Source: Nemertoderma westbladi
Lineage: Eukaryota > Animalia > Xenacoelomorpha
Direction of reading: 5' to 3'
NCBI GenBank assembly: GCA_032718475.1
Contig: JAUCBJ010001667.1
Location: 1-42,310, forward strand
DNA: 42,310 nt
The notes under the pieces are model-generated. The model was not told the origin of the DNA and did not search any database. It saw only the letters and a list, made by a program, of their open reading frames with translations. This document shows, piece after piece, positions 10,366 to 23,347 of the stretch. A program made the translations under genes and the position numbers. Within the stretch, counting starts at the first letter, position 1, and every line of letters starts with the position of its first letter.

Positions 10366-13300
10366 TCATTGGGCCAAAGGGCCTCTAGGCCGCTCCACTG
10401 AGTCTCTAGGCCGCTCCAATGAGTCCTTAGGCCGCTCCAATGAGTCTCTAGGCCTATCCACTGAGTCTCTAGGCCGCTCCAATGAGTCTCTAAGCCGCTC
10501 CAATGAGTCTCTAGGCCGCTCCAATGAGTCTCTAGGCTGCTCCAATGAGTCCTTAGGCCGCTCCAATGAGTCTCTAGGCCGCTCCACAACACCTACTTGA
10601 GACGTATCTAAGTTCTGACCCTCTGTTATGTAGGTATATGTAATGACGTCACTTAGGAACGTTCTGTGTCTGTTAAACCCACTTTTAGCACCGAAATGGC
10701 GCTCTTTGATATCATCCTCAGGGGTATAATCACTATCTGTTTCAGTGTAATAACTGTGTTCTAACTAGTCGTTATCAGAACATAACTCCTCCTCCGAGTC
10801 ACTACCGTTTTCATCATGGTCTTTACAATCTCTTCTTGAGACATCTATGTCTGGAGGGTCTATGGACTCGCCTGAGTATAGAGATGTAGCTATTATCTTA
10901 CCTCTCACTTTATCCGAGTTTTCCTGTAGATAATGATTTGTAGGAGTATGGAAATCGGCGTGTAGCAGTTTATGATGTAATCTGCCACACTCTACACATC
11001 CGTTTCCACTGTTCGGGCACTGGCGTCTTACATGACCTGGAGCAAGACATGCCCAACAGGTATCTAACATCCGCACTTGAATCCGTCTCTGTTCTGAGCT
11101 CAGTTCTTTGAAGCGCCTACAATTTTCCAACTTGTGGTCGTCTGACCTTACTTCCTTTAAGAAGCAGAACTGGCATCCCACAAATCCAACTGGCAAATCC
11201 TGTTGCTTTATACTAGGTCTGTCTGACCTCTCACCTGACCAGACTCGCGAGTCTGATCTCAAGGCGGGGGAATGATTACTCTGGTTATATTTGTCTACTG
11301 TGTTAAATGTCACAGACTGTCTGTCTTCATTGACACTTACCATAGACCTTCCCAAAGCAGGTTTTGTTTCTCTCATATTCTCCTCTGAGAAGTTTGACTT
11401 CATCTCTGCGATAGCGTCGGTTGCTATCATATCGTGAATATGTCTGAGTGTTAACACTTTATCTTGACCCTCCAATTGGTTCTCTAATTTCCGCCATTTT
11501 TGCCGATAACGAAAGTTCAGGCATCTTATTATACTCTTTAAACCCTCCGCGTGATCACCATAGTGTGGTAGATTCACTGTTTTTAAAATATCTAGGGCAT
11601 TTGTAATGGCGTTGGCCAAGTTTAACAGTTCCAACGGTGTTGTAATTTTTCCACCCTTGCCCAAATCCTGTACTATTGATTGTGCCATTTTGGTTTTATT
11701 CCCATAGACGTCGCTAAGGGTCTTCATTGTTAGTTCAAATGCATTTTCATTCCCGACGAAATTGTCGGCAATGGTCCTTGGCTCTCGATGGAGCATTTGC
11801 AATAAGTAATTGAATTTTTCATTGGGGGTAAAGGTACTGTTAGTTAACTGCTCATTGACATAAGTCTTAAATGTCCTCCAGTGTTTATGGTTGCCCATAA
11901 ACCTCTGAGATTGTTGCGCTGGCAATCCCTGCCTAGCACCAAACTTACCATATCCCGAAGGGTGGCATCATTCCGGATTAATAAGTTGGTCAACTCTGCA
12001 GGGTTGTCGAGTCTGGGCCTTTCCCGGGGATTCATACTTACCTGCTCCGTGTCGGTCCTTCTTTCCATCCGGTTTTGGGACTTCTGACATCTCAATTCTT
12101 GCTCTTCATCGCTCGAGTCTGTGTCAGTGCTCAGCGCTCGTGTTGGTTTACGTGCCGAAGTCCTGACCCAGGCCTCTTGTATAAATCTTTCCGCCGAATT
12201 TTCGAAGTTGGGATTATGGATCGTAGGAACGGGCGTTCTTACCTGAGGTCTCTGTGGTATAGTTGCCTCCGATATGTGTACTCATTGACTAGGTTGGACT
12301 TTATCTAGTTCAGGCCTGCTAGGATTAGAATTACTTCTTACCTGGGCTGCTTCCTTTAACTGTAGGTTACTAAGCATGTCCGTTATAGGTTGGATGTGCG
12401 GCGATATAGCTTGCGCTAAACTGGCACTTAACTCCTCCCTCGTAATAAATTCCTGGCTAGGGTTCTGCTGAATCGTCGGCTCTATCTGAGTAATCCGCTG
12501 TCTCTCATATGATCCCTCTTCCGGTTTAACCCGGAAGTTCTCCGTCGAACTGGGTCGGCAATCCGTCTGTTTATTCCAAACCCGCGGGTTCGGTTCGCCC
12601 AATACTCGGCCTCTCGGAGTTTCTTCTCTAAACTCCTCCTTCTCCCGATAATAACTGTGCCGCAGCGCGCCGTCCTGATGGCGCAGATCCTGCGCGATGG
12701 GTGAAGCACTAATACCAACTGGCGTGCGGTATGTAGAAAACGGTTTAGCGATCCGAGTACTTGTAATTGTTGGACTGGGTATAGGAATTCTGGTTGCCGT
12801 TGACTAACGTATAGCCGGAGTTCTCGCCTCCTGTTCGGCCTTCTGCTGTGCGAACAGGTCTCGCAACTCGGTACCTACACTCGCCCCACATTCTTCAATC
12901 ATTCGCATCCCCCTTTCGGCAATTTCATTCGCCTTCCTTGTTCGTTCTTCACTTTCTAAGTTTAGTCTCGCACTTTCCAATTGCGCCAGTTTGCGTTGTT
13001 CTTCTTCCCTTGCGAGTCTCGCTGTGCTCTCTTCTTCCAGTCACGCTTTCTCTTCGTACAATACGCGTCGTTCCCTCTCGCGCTCGAGTTCGCGCTCCTT
13101 GCGCTCGCGTTCGAGTTGAAGTTCGCGTCTCCTTTGTTCGCGTTCCTTGGCTTCCCATTCGCGTTCGAGCTGGAGTTCCTTCTCTTTGCGTTCGCGCTCA
13201 AGTTGGAGTTCGCGTTCTTCCTGTTCATGCTCGGCTTGCTCACGCTTACTTATGTCTTCCAACTCTCGCAGCTTCGCGTCTAACTTCCGGGTGTGCTCCC

Positions 13301-14390
13301 GTTCTTGCTCGGCTTCCTTCCTTGCTTCCGATGCACGCAAGACCTCTGCCTGTTGTTCGTCTAGTCGGCGTCTTCTCTCCTCTGCCGAGTTGTGAGAAAC
13401 AAGGGATCTAGCGCATATAACCTTCCCTCGCGCGTGACTAACCAGAGAATCGCCGCTGTCTCTAGATGCGTCGTCGGGTGGAGTTAACGTCCTCTGTTGG
13501 ATGTTCTCCATCGTTGGTAGCACCTGGCACGGTACCACCATTCCACTCTGCATCAGCCAGCTGGTTACTTCCCTCTGATAACTTCTCTCTTCCTTGTCTT
13601 GGATCTCTTCCTGCTCCACTAAGTTCCTCGACTCTGCGTCACTTACCTGAGTCACCTGCGCTTGTGATGCCCATAGCAACCAGTTCTCTGTTCTAACTCG
13701 TCGGAATCGCTCCGATAACGCGCAGTGCTCTAACAAGGCCACCAAAGCCCTGTCGTAAACCCTCGTCGCCATGTCGCTCGACTAGGACTCCACTGCTCTC
13801 TTCGCTAGGACTGCAAGCTCCTCCGTCTGCTTGAATAACGCTGAGTTGTATCCCTTTCTAATCTCTACTAACCCTTCCCTTCCGATGTTACCGGAGTCGG
13901 CTAGCATCTTCCTTACCTTGACCGTCGTCCGAGTTATATGTCCGGCATGCGCGTGGAGTTTCTTCTTGAACGCGATTTCTTGCTCTCTCTCGCTTACCTG
14001 ACTCACACTTGGTGGACTTGAGGGATTATTACGGGAACTCCGGGTGCTCCTCACTGCCACTGGGACCACGGCACTGACCATACCCACAGGTCTGGAAACC
14101 GGGCTTTGAGCTCTCGGCCCAGCTAAACTGCCCTTCTTATCACTCACCTTGGGTTGGGATGGTGTGCCATCCTTCCTTACAGTAGTAGTAGGGGACCCTA
14201 ATAATATTACCTCACCTTGGTCTTCTTCACTGGTTACTATCTCGTCCTCCTTTTCACTTACGTCAGCGTCATTCGCTGCGTCGTCATAGTCGGCATTGTT
14301 GTCAACAGTTATATTGACACTATCGTCAGTCGGTGGTCCAGCCGCCATCTCATAGCTGTCCTCTAGTGCCTCCTTCTCTGAGACACTCAT
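10366..14390 (-). pseudogene. gag: BEL/Pao gag pseudogene (DUF1759-like region, Cys/His knuckles, C-terminal heptad repeat)
   Basis: Pieces starting at 14390, 13772, 12602 and 12095 share a frame, followed by one frameshift at ~11930. Motifs: FMGNHKHWRTF...EKFNYLLQML, CQFC..H..C, CWACLAPGHVRRQC and CVECGRLHHKLLH. The frame continues past the stop at 10765 into ERPRDSL repeats. Confidence 0.85.
10383..10586. repeat. 21-bp tandem repeat (~10 copies)
   Basis: Unit CTCTAGGCCGCTCCAATGAGT; encodes ERPRDSL on the minus strand, in frame with gag. Confidence 0.95.
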
Positions 14391-15290
14391 TGTTTAAAGT
14401 ACATATATAGTTATTTGCCTTTCAGCTAAAATCTCGCAAAATTTCGAGATATATATTAATTTAATCGAAATTTCGATTAAATTATTTGTCAAAATAATTT
14501 ATTTGGTCTCAAAATATCAAATATTAAATTTGTTAATTCACAATAAAAAATATTATGAATTTAATTGTATATAATTATGGTAAATACCAGTATAATATTT
14601 AAATAAAATGTAGCTCTATAGCTATTATACAACATTTAAATACCGGTATGACACGAAAATAATTTGAATCTAATTCAAAAATTCAAAAAAATAAATTTGT
14701 CACCCAAAATATTTCTAATTTTATATATAGCTCAAAATCAACGTAATTTTATTTTTAAATATTATATATATCCACTAGCACGTGGCTACACCTTCAGGTT
14801 GCGACACTCTCTCTCTCTCCAACTGAGCGATCCAAAACATCATGGCTGGCTAAACCTAACTAACCTAACCAATAAATTGAGTTCAGTTTCGCAGTCAAAC
14901 AACCGGTAATTTTTTACTGCTTCCACAAACACACTGGTACCAACAGAATAACTAACCCTGTTCGCTGTGAGATTCCACGCCCGCGTCCTAGGCTTCAGAC
15001 TCGTTGCTGATTGCGAACCGAACCCGTAGACCCACACAAACCCCAGCATCAGAAGTTCCATCTCGCCATGTATCTCCAGATGGTATAAAATAATTAAGCG
15101 GTTATCCAACATACCGGTACTAAAACCCTAAATTTTATTATATAAATAATTTTGGCCGAAACTGAATTCTCACAAACCTAGCTACTAATTTTGAATTTAC
15201 TAATTTTACTATTTACCCTAAGAGCCTAACGAATTACTGTATTCTCTATGAATAGTGAACAAAAAAAATATAAAAGCCGTTTACACCACC

Positions 15291-16830
15291 GGGGGCTGTA
15301 CACCACCTAAGCGCATTTTTTACAAAAATCATTGTCGTGTGCTTCAACATTGTCAAGTATTTTCGAAAATTGGCACAATTAGAGTTGGGTTGTAGATACA
15401 ACTTTTGGCAAAAATTTTTTTTCGAATTAACTATTTATAATAATTTAATAATAGTTAATATTAATAAATATTGACTATATTACAAAACCTATCTACATAT
15501 TTATTTATAATTATTTTCGCTCGAAATTTGGTGTGCATATTCTCCAAGTCATGATAAACAGAAATTGTGGTCAAATTTTTAAAATTTTGTTTTGATCTTT
15601 TTTTATAGCCAATCAAAAATTACTTTTCATTTTGAACGAAAAAATCACGAAATTTCGACATTTAACATTGAATAAAAAACGAACGAAGCTAAAAAAAAAA
15701 ATTTGACCACAATTTCTAAAGAGTGCGTCGGTCTGGAGATACTTTCCAAATTTCAGCTCAATTCATTGAAAATTGGCGGACTAGATACATTTTTGAGGTC
15801 AAAAAATGACATTCTGAGAAAAATGAGGTTAAAGTTTTAACCCTTTCGGTACCTAACTGTAAATTATTCAAACCCCCAAGTGCCCAACTCTAATTCATGA
15901 ATTTCTGAAGTCTGTCAGTATTTCTGTCTGTTTGTCTGTCAAGACTTTAGAAAGAATAAAATCTACTAACATTCTCGCTATGGGGGTTTTCCTTGTCAAG
16001 GATTTCATTTCCGCTGTCAGTTTTCACTTTGACCCTATCCAGACTGTCTGTCGGTCTGTCTGTCGGTCTGTCTTTCAGTCTGTCCGTCAAAAGTATAAGG
16101 AATCACATTAGCTAATTAAAATTCTCGCTGTGGGGGTTTTCCTGGACAAGGATTTCATTTCCGCTGTCAGTTTTCACTTTTGACCCTATGCAGACTGTCT
16201 GTCGGTCTGTTGGTCTGTCTGTCTGTCAGTCTGTCCGTCGAAAATATAAGGAATCACATTAGCTAATTAAAATTCTCTCTATGGGGGTTTTCCTGGTCAA
16301 GGATTTCATTTCCGCTGTCAGTTTTCACTTTTGACCCTATCCAGACTGTCTGTCGGTCTGTCGGTCTGTCTGTCAGTCTCTCCGTCAAAAGTATAAGGAA
16401 TCACATTAGCTAATTAAAATTCTCTCTATGGGGGTTTTCCTGGTCAAGGATTTCATTTCCGCTGTCAGTTTTCACTTTTGACCATATCCAGACTGTCTGT
16501 CGGTCTGTAGGTCTGTCTGTCAGTCTGCCCGTCAAAAGTATAAGGAATCACATTAGCTAATTAAAATTCTCTCTATTGGGGTTTTCCTGGTCAAGGATTT
16601 CATTTCCGCTGTCAGTTTTCACTTTTGACCCTATCCAGACTGTCTGTCGGTCTGTCGGTCTGTCTGTCAGTCTGTCCGTCAACATGGTCTCAGTTAAAGA
16701 CGTATAACTCGAGATCCAATCGAGATATGACAAAACCGATTTCAGATTCGGAATCTACATAAAATTTCACACAATATTCGGCAAAAAATTTTTTTTTCAA
16801 TTTTTTGACACCAGGTGGTGTACCGCCCCC
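15291..16830. mobile_element. Non-autonomous TIR element (Kolobok-like) containing a satellite array
   Basis: TIRs GGGGGCTGTACACCACCT / AGGTGGTGTACCGCCCCC differ by 1 mismatch. TTAA follows the right end, but the left TSD is not intact. Confidence 0.65.
15971..16682. repeat. ~148-bp tandem repeat (~5 copies) with internal GTCT microsatellite
   Basis: Unit starts at 15971, 16121, 16272, 16419 and 16566. Confidence 0.92.
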
Positions 16831-16977
16831 TTAAAGAAATCTCAAAGGGGATTCTTCCTTTTGATATGTTCGTATTTTCGAATGAAACAATGAGGTTAAT
16901 CAAACTATAACATACCAAGCTAATTGCCCTAAACACAAGCCGAAACAGAAACAACCAAAACAAGACTGACACTGAGT

Positions 16978-17086
16978 CACTGACTGACTGACTGACTGAC
17001 TGACTGACTGACTGACTGACTGACTGTCTGACTGACTGACTGACTGACTGACTGACTGACTGACTGACTGACTGACTGACTGACTG

Positions 17087-17118
<32 letters not shown>

Positions 17119-18796
17119 ACGGACGGACTGACTGACGGACGGACGGACGGACGGACTGACTGACTGACTGACTGACTGACTGACTGACTGACTGACTGAC
17201 TGACTGACTGACTGACTGACTGACTGACTGACTGACTGACTGACTGACTGACTGACTGACTGACTGACTGACTGACTGACTGACTGACTGACTGACTGAC
17301 TGACTGACTGACTGACTGACTGACTGACTGACTGACTGACTGACTGACTGACTGACTGACTGACTGACTGACTGACTGACTGACTGACTGACTGACTGAC
17401 TGACTGACTGACTGACTGACTGACTGACTGACTGACTGACTGACTGACTGACTGACTGACTGACTGACTGACTGACTGACTGACTGACTGACTGACTGAC
17501 TGACTGACTGACTGACTGACTGACTGACTGACTGACTGACTGACTGACTGACTGACTGACTGACTGACTGACTGACTGACTGACTGACTGACTGACTGAC
17601 TGACTGACTGACTGACTGACTGACTGACTGACTGACTGACTGACTGACTGACTGACTGACTGACTGACTGACTGACTGACTGACTGACTGACTGACTGAC
17701 TGACTGACTGACTGACTGACTGACTGACTGACTGACTGACTGACTGACTGACTGACTGACTGACTGACTGACTGACTGACTGACTGACTGACTGACTGAC
17801 TGACTGACTGACTGACTGACTGACTGACTGACTGACTGACTGACTGACTGACTGACTGACTGACTGACTGACTGACTGACTGACTGACTGACTGACTGAC
17901 TGACTGACTGACTGACTGACTGACTGACTGACTGACTGACTGACTGACTGACTGACTGACTGACTGACTGACTGACTGACTGACTGACTGACTGACTGAC
18001 TGACTGACTGACTGACTGACTGACTGACTGACTGACTGACTGACTGACTGACTGACTGACTGACTGACTGACTGACTGACTGACTGACTGACTGACTGAC
18101 TGACTGACTGACTGACTGACTGACTGACTGACTGACTGACTGACTGACTGACTGACTGACTGACTGACTGACTGACTGACTGACTGACTGACTGACTGAC
18201 TGACTGACTGACTGACTGACTGACTGACTGACTGACTGACTGACTGACTGACTGACTGACTGACTGACTGACTGACTGACTGACTGACTGACTGACTGAC
18301 TGACTGACTGACTGACTGACTGACTGACTGACTGACTGACTGACTGACTGACTGACTGACTGACTGACTGACTGACTGACTGACTGACTGACTGACTGAC
18401 TGACTGACTGACTGACTGACTGACTGACTGACTGACTGACTGACTGACTGACTGACTGACTGACTGACTGACTGACTGACTGACTGACTGACTGACTGAC
18501 TGACTGACTGACTGACTGACTGACTGACTGACTGACTGACTGACTGACTGACTGACTGACTGACTGACTGACTGACTGACTGACTGACTGACTGACTGAC
18601 TGACTGACTGACTGACTGACTGACTGACTGACTGACTGACTGACTGACTGACTGACTGACTGACTGACTGACTGACTGACTGACTGACTGACTGACTGAC
18701 TGACTGACTGACTGACTGACTGACTGACTGACTGACTGACTGACTGACTGACTGACTGACTGACTGACTGACTGACTGACTGACTGACTGACTGAC
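16978..18796. repeat. (GACT)n tetranucleotide microsatellite, ~1.8 kb
   Basis: Near-perfect ACTG repeat with GACG variants at ~17111-17155. Confidence 0.99.
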
Positions 18797-19992
18797 GATA
18801 ACGCGATTCTAAGGTCCCTGGCATGATAGGCTACACCGTCCATAGCTTCTGGGCTCGAAAAATAAATGTAAACGAAAAAACGCCATAGGCGCAATAGTAA
18901 AATAACACCAATGACTGCAGTTTGAAAATTATATACTAAATATATTATAAATCTTTTGGCCATCATTAATACTGTGGAGACTATGTTTATAAAAGTGTAT
19001 ATTTAATCAACCACATAATAAATATGATTTTCCATAGGCTAACATTATAGTTTGAAATGTAAAAATCAATGCTTAATATCTGTATCAGGTTACACACTGT
19101 GGCAATCAAAATGTTTTATATTGTGGTGAATGTGGTGAATGGCATTTGGCGGCTTCCCTTCTGGGAGATATTAATATAATGGTGGAGGTCATTACAAACC
19201 TTAGTAGGACCTAAGGCGATTCCTACTGGGGTACTTTACTCCTTACGGTATCGAGTCTGTATGTTGAGTGGAGTTAGGTAGTTACCAATGCGATATACCA
19301 GTACTACTATATTCATTACAAACCTTACCATACTGCAATATAATATATCTTGTTGGAACATTGCTATTTATTGTTCAGTTGACTGCCTATGGCAGAACAT
19401 ACCATGGCGCTGCGATTTATGAATCTACAATAGCGGCTACAGGCTACAGTTAGCTTCATCTTATACTGTAATTGCTTAATTACAACTTCTGAACTTAATA
19501 AATGGTAGGCGGTAAATAACGCGCGGTCTGCAGCCCTGCGGTAAGCGACGATACCGGTACCGAATTACATTGTTTCCAATTCATTCTGTTATTAGCAGAT
19601 TAGCCCAGTATCCAGCAGGATCACTATGGCTCAAGAGTTGAACAGCAAAACAGATCAGTTTTGCAGTTTCTAGTTATTACATTATTCTGTTATTCTGACA
19701 TCGGTTGTTTCAGACAGTCAGATATTTATACTAAAGAAAAGACCACTGAGGAGATAGGTAGGCCTACCCATTTACTGCAATTGGCAGATCAGCTACGAAT
19801 AGCAGAATACAGGAATAGGCCACTGTACCTTGTACCACCAGTGGCCGTGCCGGTTCTACTGCACTAATGTATCTCTGCCAATACCAGTACAACCTAGACC
19901 GGTAGTACGACGCGGATTATTGAATTTATAAATATTGATTTCCCCTAATTGTATATGTATAATTGATTGCCAGTAGGTCTACATCTACAAGC

Positions 19993-20125
19993 ATGGATTT
20001 AAAAAATACAGATTTAAAATTTTCTAAAGCATCTAAACGAGGATTCAAAGCAGCTGTCACAAAAGCTCGAAATGCAGTATTGTCAGCAATACATGAATAC
20101 GAAATGTTGGCAATAGATGAACGTG
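19993..20125 (+). pseudogene. gag: 5' part of a Ty3/Gypsy (Mag-like) gag, interrupted by BEL-3
   Basis: MDLKNTDLKFSKASKRGFKAAVTK...AIDER continues in frame at 33674 (AASKSLNESAESF) across the duplicated ACGTG. Confidence 0.7.
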
Positions 20126-20650
20126 GATATCCGATCGTGCGCTCCTCACACGACCTTTGTTTCCCCAACACTTCGCCACTTTAACTCTACTCTGTTCTCA
20201 CCCTAACTCTCCTCCACTTCTCCTCACTACCGCTCCAACTCTCGGACTTCCCTGTCCCTCACTCAGCCTCTTATTCCTCCCACATACTTGAATTGCATTC
20301 GCACTCTCTCTGCACTCTGCACTATCACTTCTACTCGACCTCCCTTTGACTACCCCATCCCTTCTGACGAATCTCACTCCCCCTTTGTGCCGTCGCACTC
20401 AAGAAATGTGAAGTCGTCTGGTGTCTCGTCCATAGTACCATAGTCAGTTAGCCCCCCAGTCCCAGTAGCTAATTGAGAAAGGTTGAATGACTATAGTACT
20501 TACTTCGAACGTATATTTCATTGCTAAACTACTGATTACTACATACGTACATATAAATTGCACTTATTTAATTATTTGCATCAGTTTGAATTCGTACTTA
20601 ATAGTTCGTACGTCCCACGTGGCGCCTTCCAGGCATACCACATTGAAGTC

Positions 20651-23347
20651 TCAGTTCATCCCCCCTGACTTTGGGAACCTCCTCCAGTCTTTCCCTTTGC
20701 CGTCCTCCTCCCTGGGTCGCTTCCTGGTCACTACCGCTCCCCTGGGATCCGCTTTATGTTTTCGGACTCTCGCCGCCACCTCCTTACTGATCCCGGTCGT
20801 TGGCTCCTTGGGTGCTGGTGTTATCAGCTCCCGATATTGCTTCGCGGGTGGCCCTTCCGAATGGCCCTGTTGTCTTCCCCTGGTGGCATCCCATAAGATC
20901 ATCTTCATCGCTCGCGGCACATGTTCCGCCAAGAAATCCCTAAACTCCCCCCGGTTCTGTGGCGTCCACCTGTCCAAATACCTTTGTGTATTCATCACCC
21001 CGGCATCACGTATTCACCGTATTCATCACGACACCGCCATTGCTACCTCTTGATAGGTAAACGGTAACCTCCGCTTTATGATTTCCAAGTGAGCCTCCTG
21101 ATTGATAAGGAAGAAACCCCACTTGAACTCCTGGGCCTTCATGCGCTGGCGCGTCATGGCCCCGATGTCGGCCCACTCCTCGAAGGTTCTGAACTTCTCT
21201 TCGTCGTCCATCCAGTCGCACTGGCGTCCGTAGTGTCCCCGAAAGTTACACTTCGAACATCGGTTATGCAACCGTGGGCACGCCCCCATTCTGTGGCTCG
21301 ACTCGCGGCAGTAGAGACAAAAGGTCCCCTTTTGGAACCGGTACAAACAGCTCCTTTCCTGGTGGGTCTGTCTCCCACAGTAATCGCAACCGAGCACCAA
21401 TGTCTCCCGCCCCACGTCGTCTTTCGTCCCAAGCGATCTCCGCGGTCTGTGGAGTCGCTGGTAGGCGAACTTCTGGACGTTAGTGTCCCTGTTTATGTCG
21501 ACCTCCTCATCCCTCTCAGGCATCGTCTCCCCGAATACTACTCGTGGTGCCGTCCCCGGTTGCTCGCCCAACCTGATAGTGCTCCTCGCGAAATCCATCA
21601 TCGGTTCCCCGTGCACCCAGGCCCGCTTGCCGGGTCTATCCCAGAAGGCCCTCGCCCCACTGGCCGTCACCACCCTCCCGCCAACCCAGTCCGTGTCCGA
21701 GTGGCCAATCCTCTCGATGGGCGGCATCTCTCCGAACTCGTCGTCGTCTTCATCCTCCTCTGGCAGTGGCTCCAACCCCGGTATCCCGATGGATCCACTA
21801 TGTCCTTTCCCGCCTTGGCTCTCGCCCGTAGCTCTCTACCCCTCTAACTCCCCTAACTTCCTTAGCGGTTGGTCACCTTCGGCGCCCGCTGGTATGGGCA
21901 TCGCTTGCAACCCCGACATCGACTGTTTCGGCGATCCCACCGTCCATCCCAGTTCTCGCCCTAGAGACTCCCCCGAACTCCCTGACGAAGTCCAACGAAG
22001 TTCGTCTAAGCCTGCCTGTTCCTCGAAGCCGTAACTCTGCGTCCTGGCCTCCTCTTCCCTCTCCTCTGCTTCTATCCTTTCCCATCTAGCGACTTCTTCC
22101 AGTCGCTTTGCCTCTCGTCTATCCGCCTCTAGCTGCTCCCATCTCTGATACGGCGTATCTGTCTCCCCGTCTATCAGATGTCGGCTGTTGTAGTACACCA
22201 ACTCGCCCTTCAGCCCCGGGTGGTCTACCAGACCGTCGAAGGCCGTCTTAAAGGCTCTCCTGTAGCTCAGGGGTGATCCCGATAACAGAAATGCCGCTGG
22301 TTCCCTCTTGATAACCACGGCCATGAATAAGTTAAGTAAACTTATCATTATCCAATCTTCCTGCAGGATATAGCGCTTCTGATATACCTTTATCGCTACT
22401 CTGCGGAATTGATACACCTCTTGACTTCCCAGTCTCGCTCCCCACTTTAGCGACTTCGCTAGTTCTGCTCCGTATTCTTCCCTGAACTTCCCCCAGTCCA
22501 TCTGTTTGTGGCATACGAGCCCCAATAGCTGGCCCATTGCCACCGCCCCGCATTGGCCTGTGTTCCCGACTACTCCCAACCCATCTGGTGCCATCATAGC
22601 CATGAAGACCTTCTGCATATCCAGGAGGTTGGTGGCGTCCGGACCGATGATTCTCTCCGCGTCCTCGCGAATCGCCAATCCCACCTTCGTCGTCGACTTC
22701 TCTCTTACCAGAACTTGCACCGCTTTCGGTAACCGGTTTAACTTCGGCCCGTCCTTTTTCCCATACGGTCCTAGATCGAATAAGAAAATGTCCCCATTTG
22801 GTGCGGCCAAATGTAGGAGTATGGTCCTGGCCGACCCCGCTGATCATCGTCTCGAACCCTCCTCATCTTCCACGGTTCCCTCGTCGTCTAGGATCATATA
22901 TCCTCCCCTGTTGACGGACTCTATGAACCTCTTCCAATCCTTCTTCGGCGACTCCCTCGGGTACTTCGGAATCCCGAACTTCACCTCGTCCCCTTTCACC
23001 ACGTAGTGGAAGTGTTGGAAGATCGCGTTGTCCAGCGACGGCGTCCCGTAGGTCCCGACCAGCCGCTGTTCGTGCATCTCCCGGAAGTGGTCCTGCAGCG
23101 CTCGTGCTGCGTGACCCTTCTCCAACCTCTCGTAGTATCCTCTCATCTTCTCTTCCGGATGCCTCTTGGTGAATTCTACCAGTATCTCCTTTCCTCCTGA
23201 CTCCGCCTTTCTCTTTCTGATCAGTTTTCCCGTCATTTCGAACTCCTCCGATCGCTCACCTATAAGGTGGTGCCTTACCAAGGCGCAATATAAGTGAGTG
23301 ATGCAGTTAGGATGGTCTGTACGGTCCGATAATGGCCTATTTCCTAT
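20651..23347 (-). pseudogene. Accessory ORF: DEDDy-type (WRN/EXD/Mut-7-like) 3'-5' exonuclease plus three CX2CX4HX4C zinc knuckles
   Basis: Four track ORFs (23281, 22810, 21775, 20998) share one frame and are separated by stops. Exonuclease motifs: ILDDEG (ExoI-like), LLHLAAPNGDIFLFDL, LPKAVQVLV, KVGLAIREDAERI (ExoII-like), LLDMQ and QKRYILQED (ExoIII-like). Knuckles: CDYCGRQTHQERSC, CLYCRESSHRMGAC and CSKCNFRGHYGRQC. Confidence 0.75.

Larger units (their letters stand above)
9378..15261 (-). mobile_element. Degenerate BEL/Pao element (BEL-2): gag only, no pol; boundaries uncertain
   Basis: Contains a gag pseudogene. A possible PBS-like TGGCGAG next to an LTR-like segment lies at ~15060-15261. 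Unassigned coding-like remnants occupy 9378-10220. No matching second LTR was seen. Confidence 0.6.

Noticed and set aside
10644-10651. CRE palindrome TGACGTCA next to CCAAT-containing repeats as a promoter
   Set aside because: It lies within the in-frame gag extension, and a single 8-mer is expected by chance.
16900-18966. 688-aa and 615-aa SVSQ-repeat ORFs
   Set aside because: Artefacts of the stop-free strand of the (GACT)n microsatellite.
19147-19165. PBS and 5' LTR of the Mag-like element (CA-TT-TGGCGGC...)
   Set aside because: I could not match it convincingly to a tRNA 3' end, and no partner LTR is in the window.
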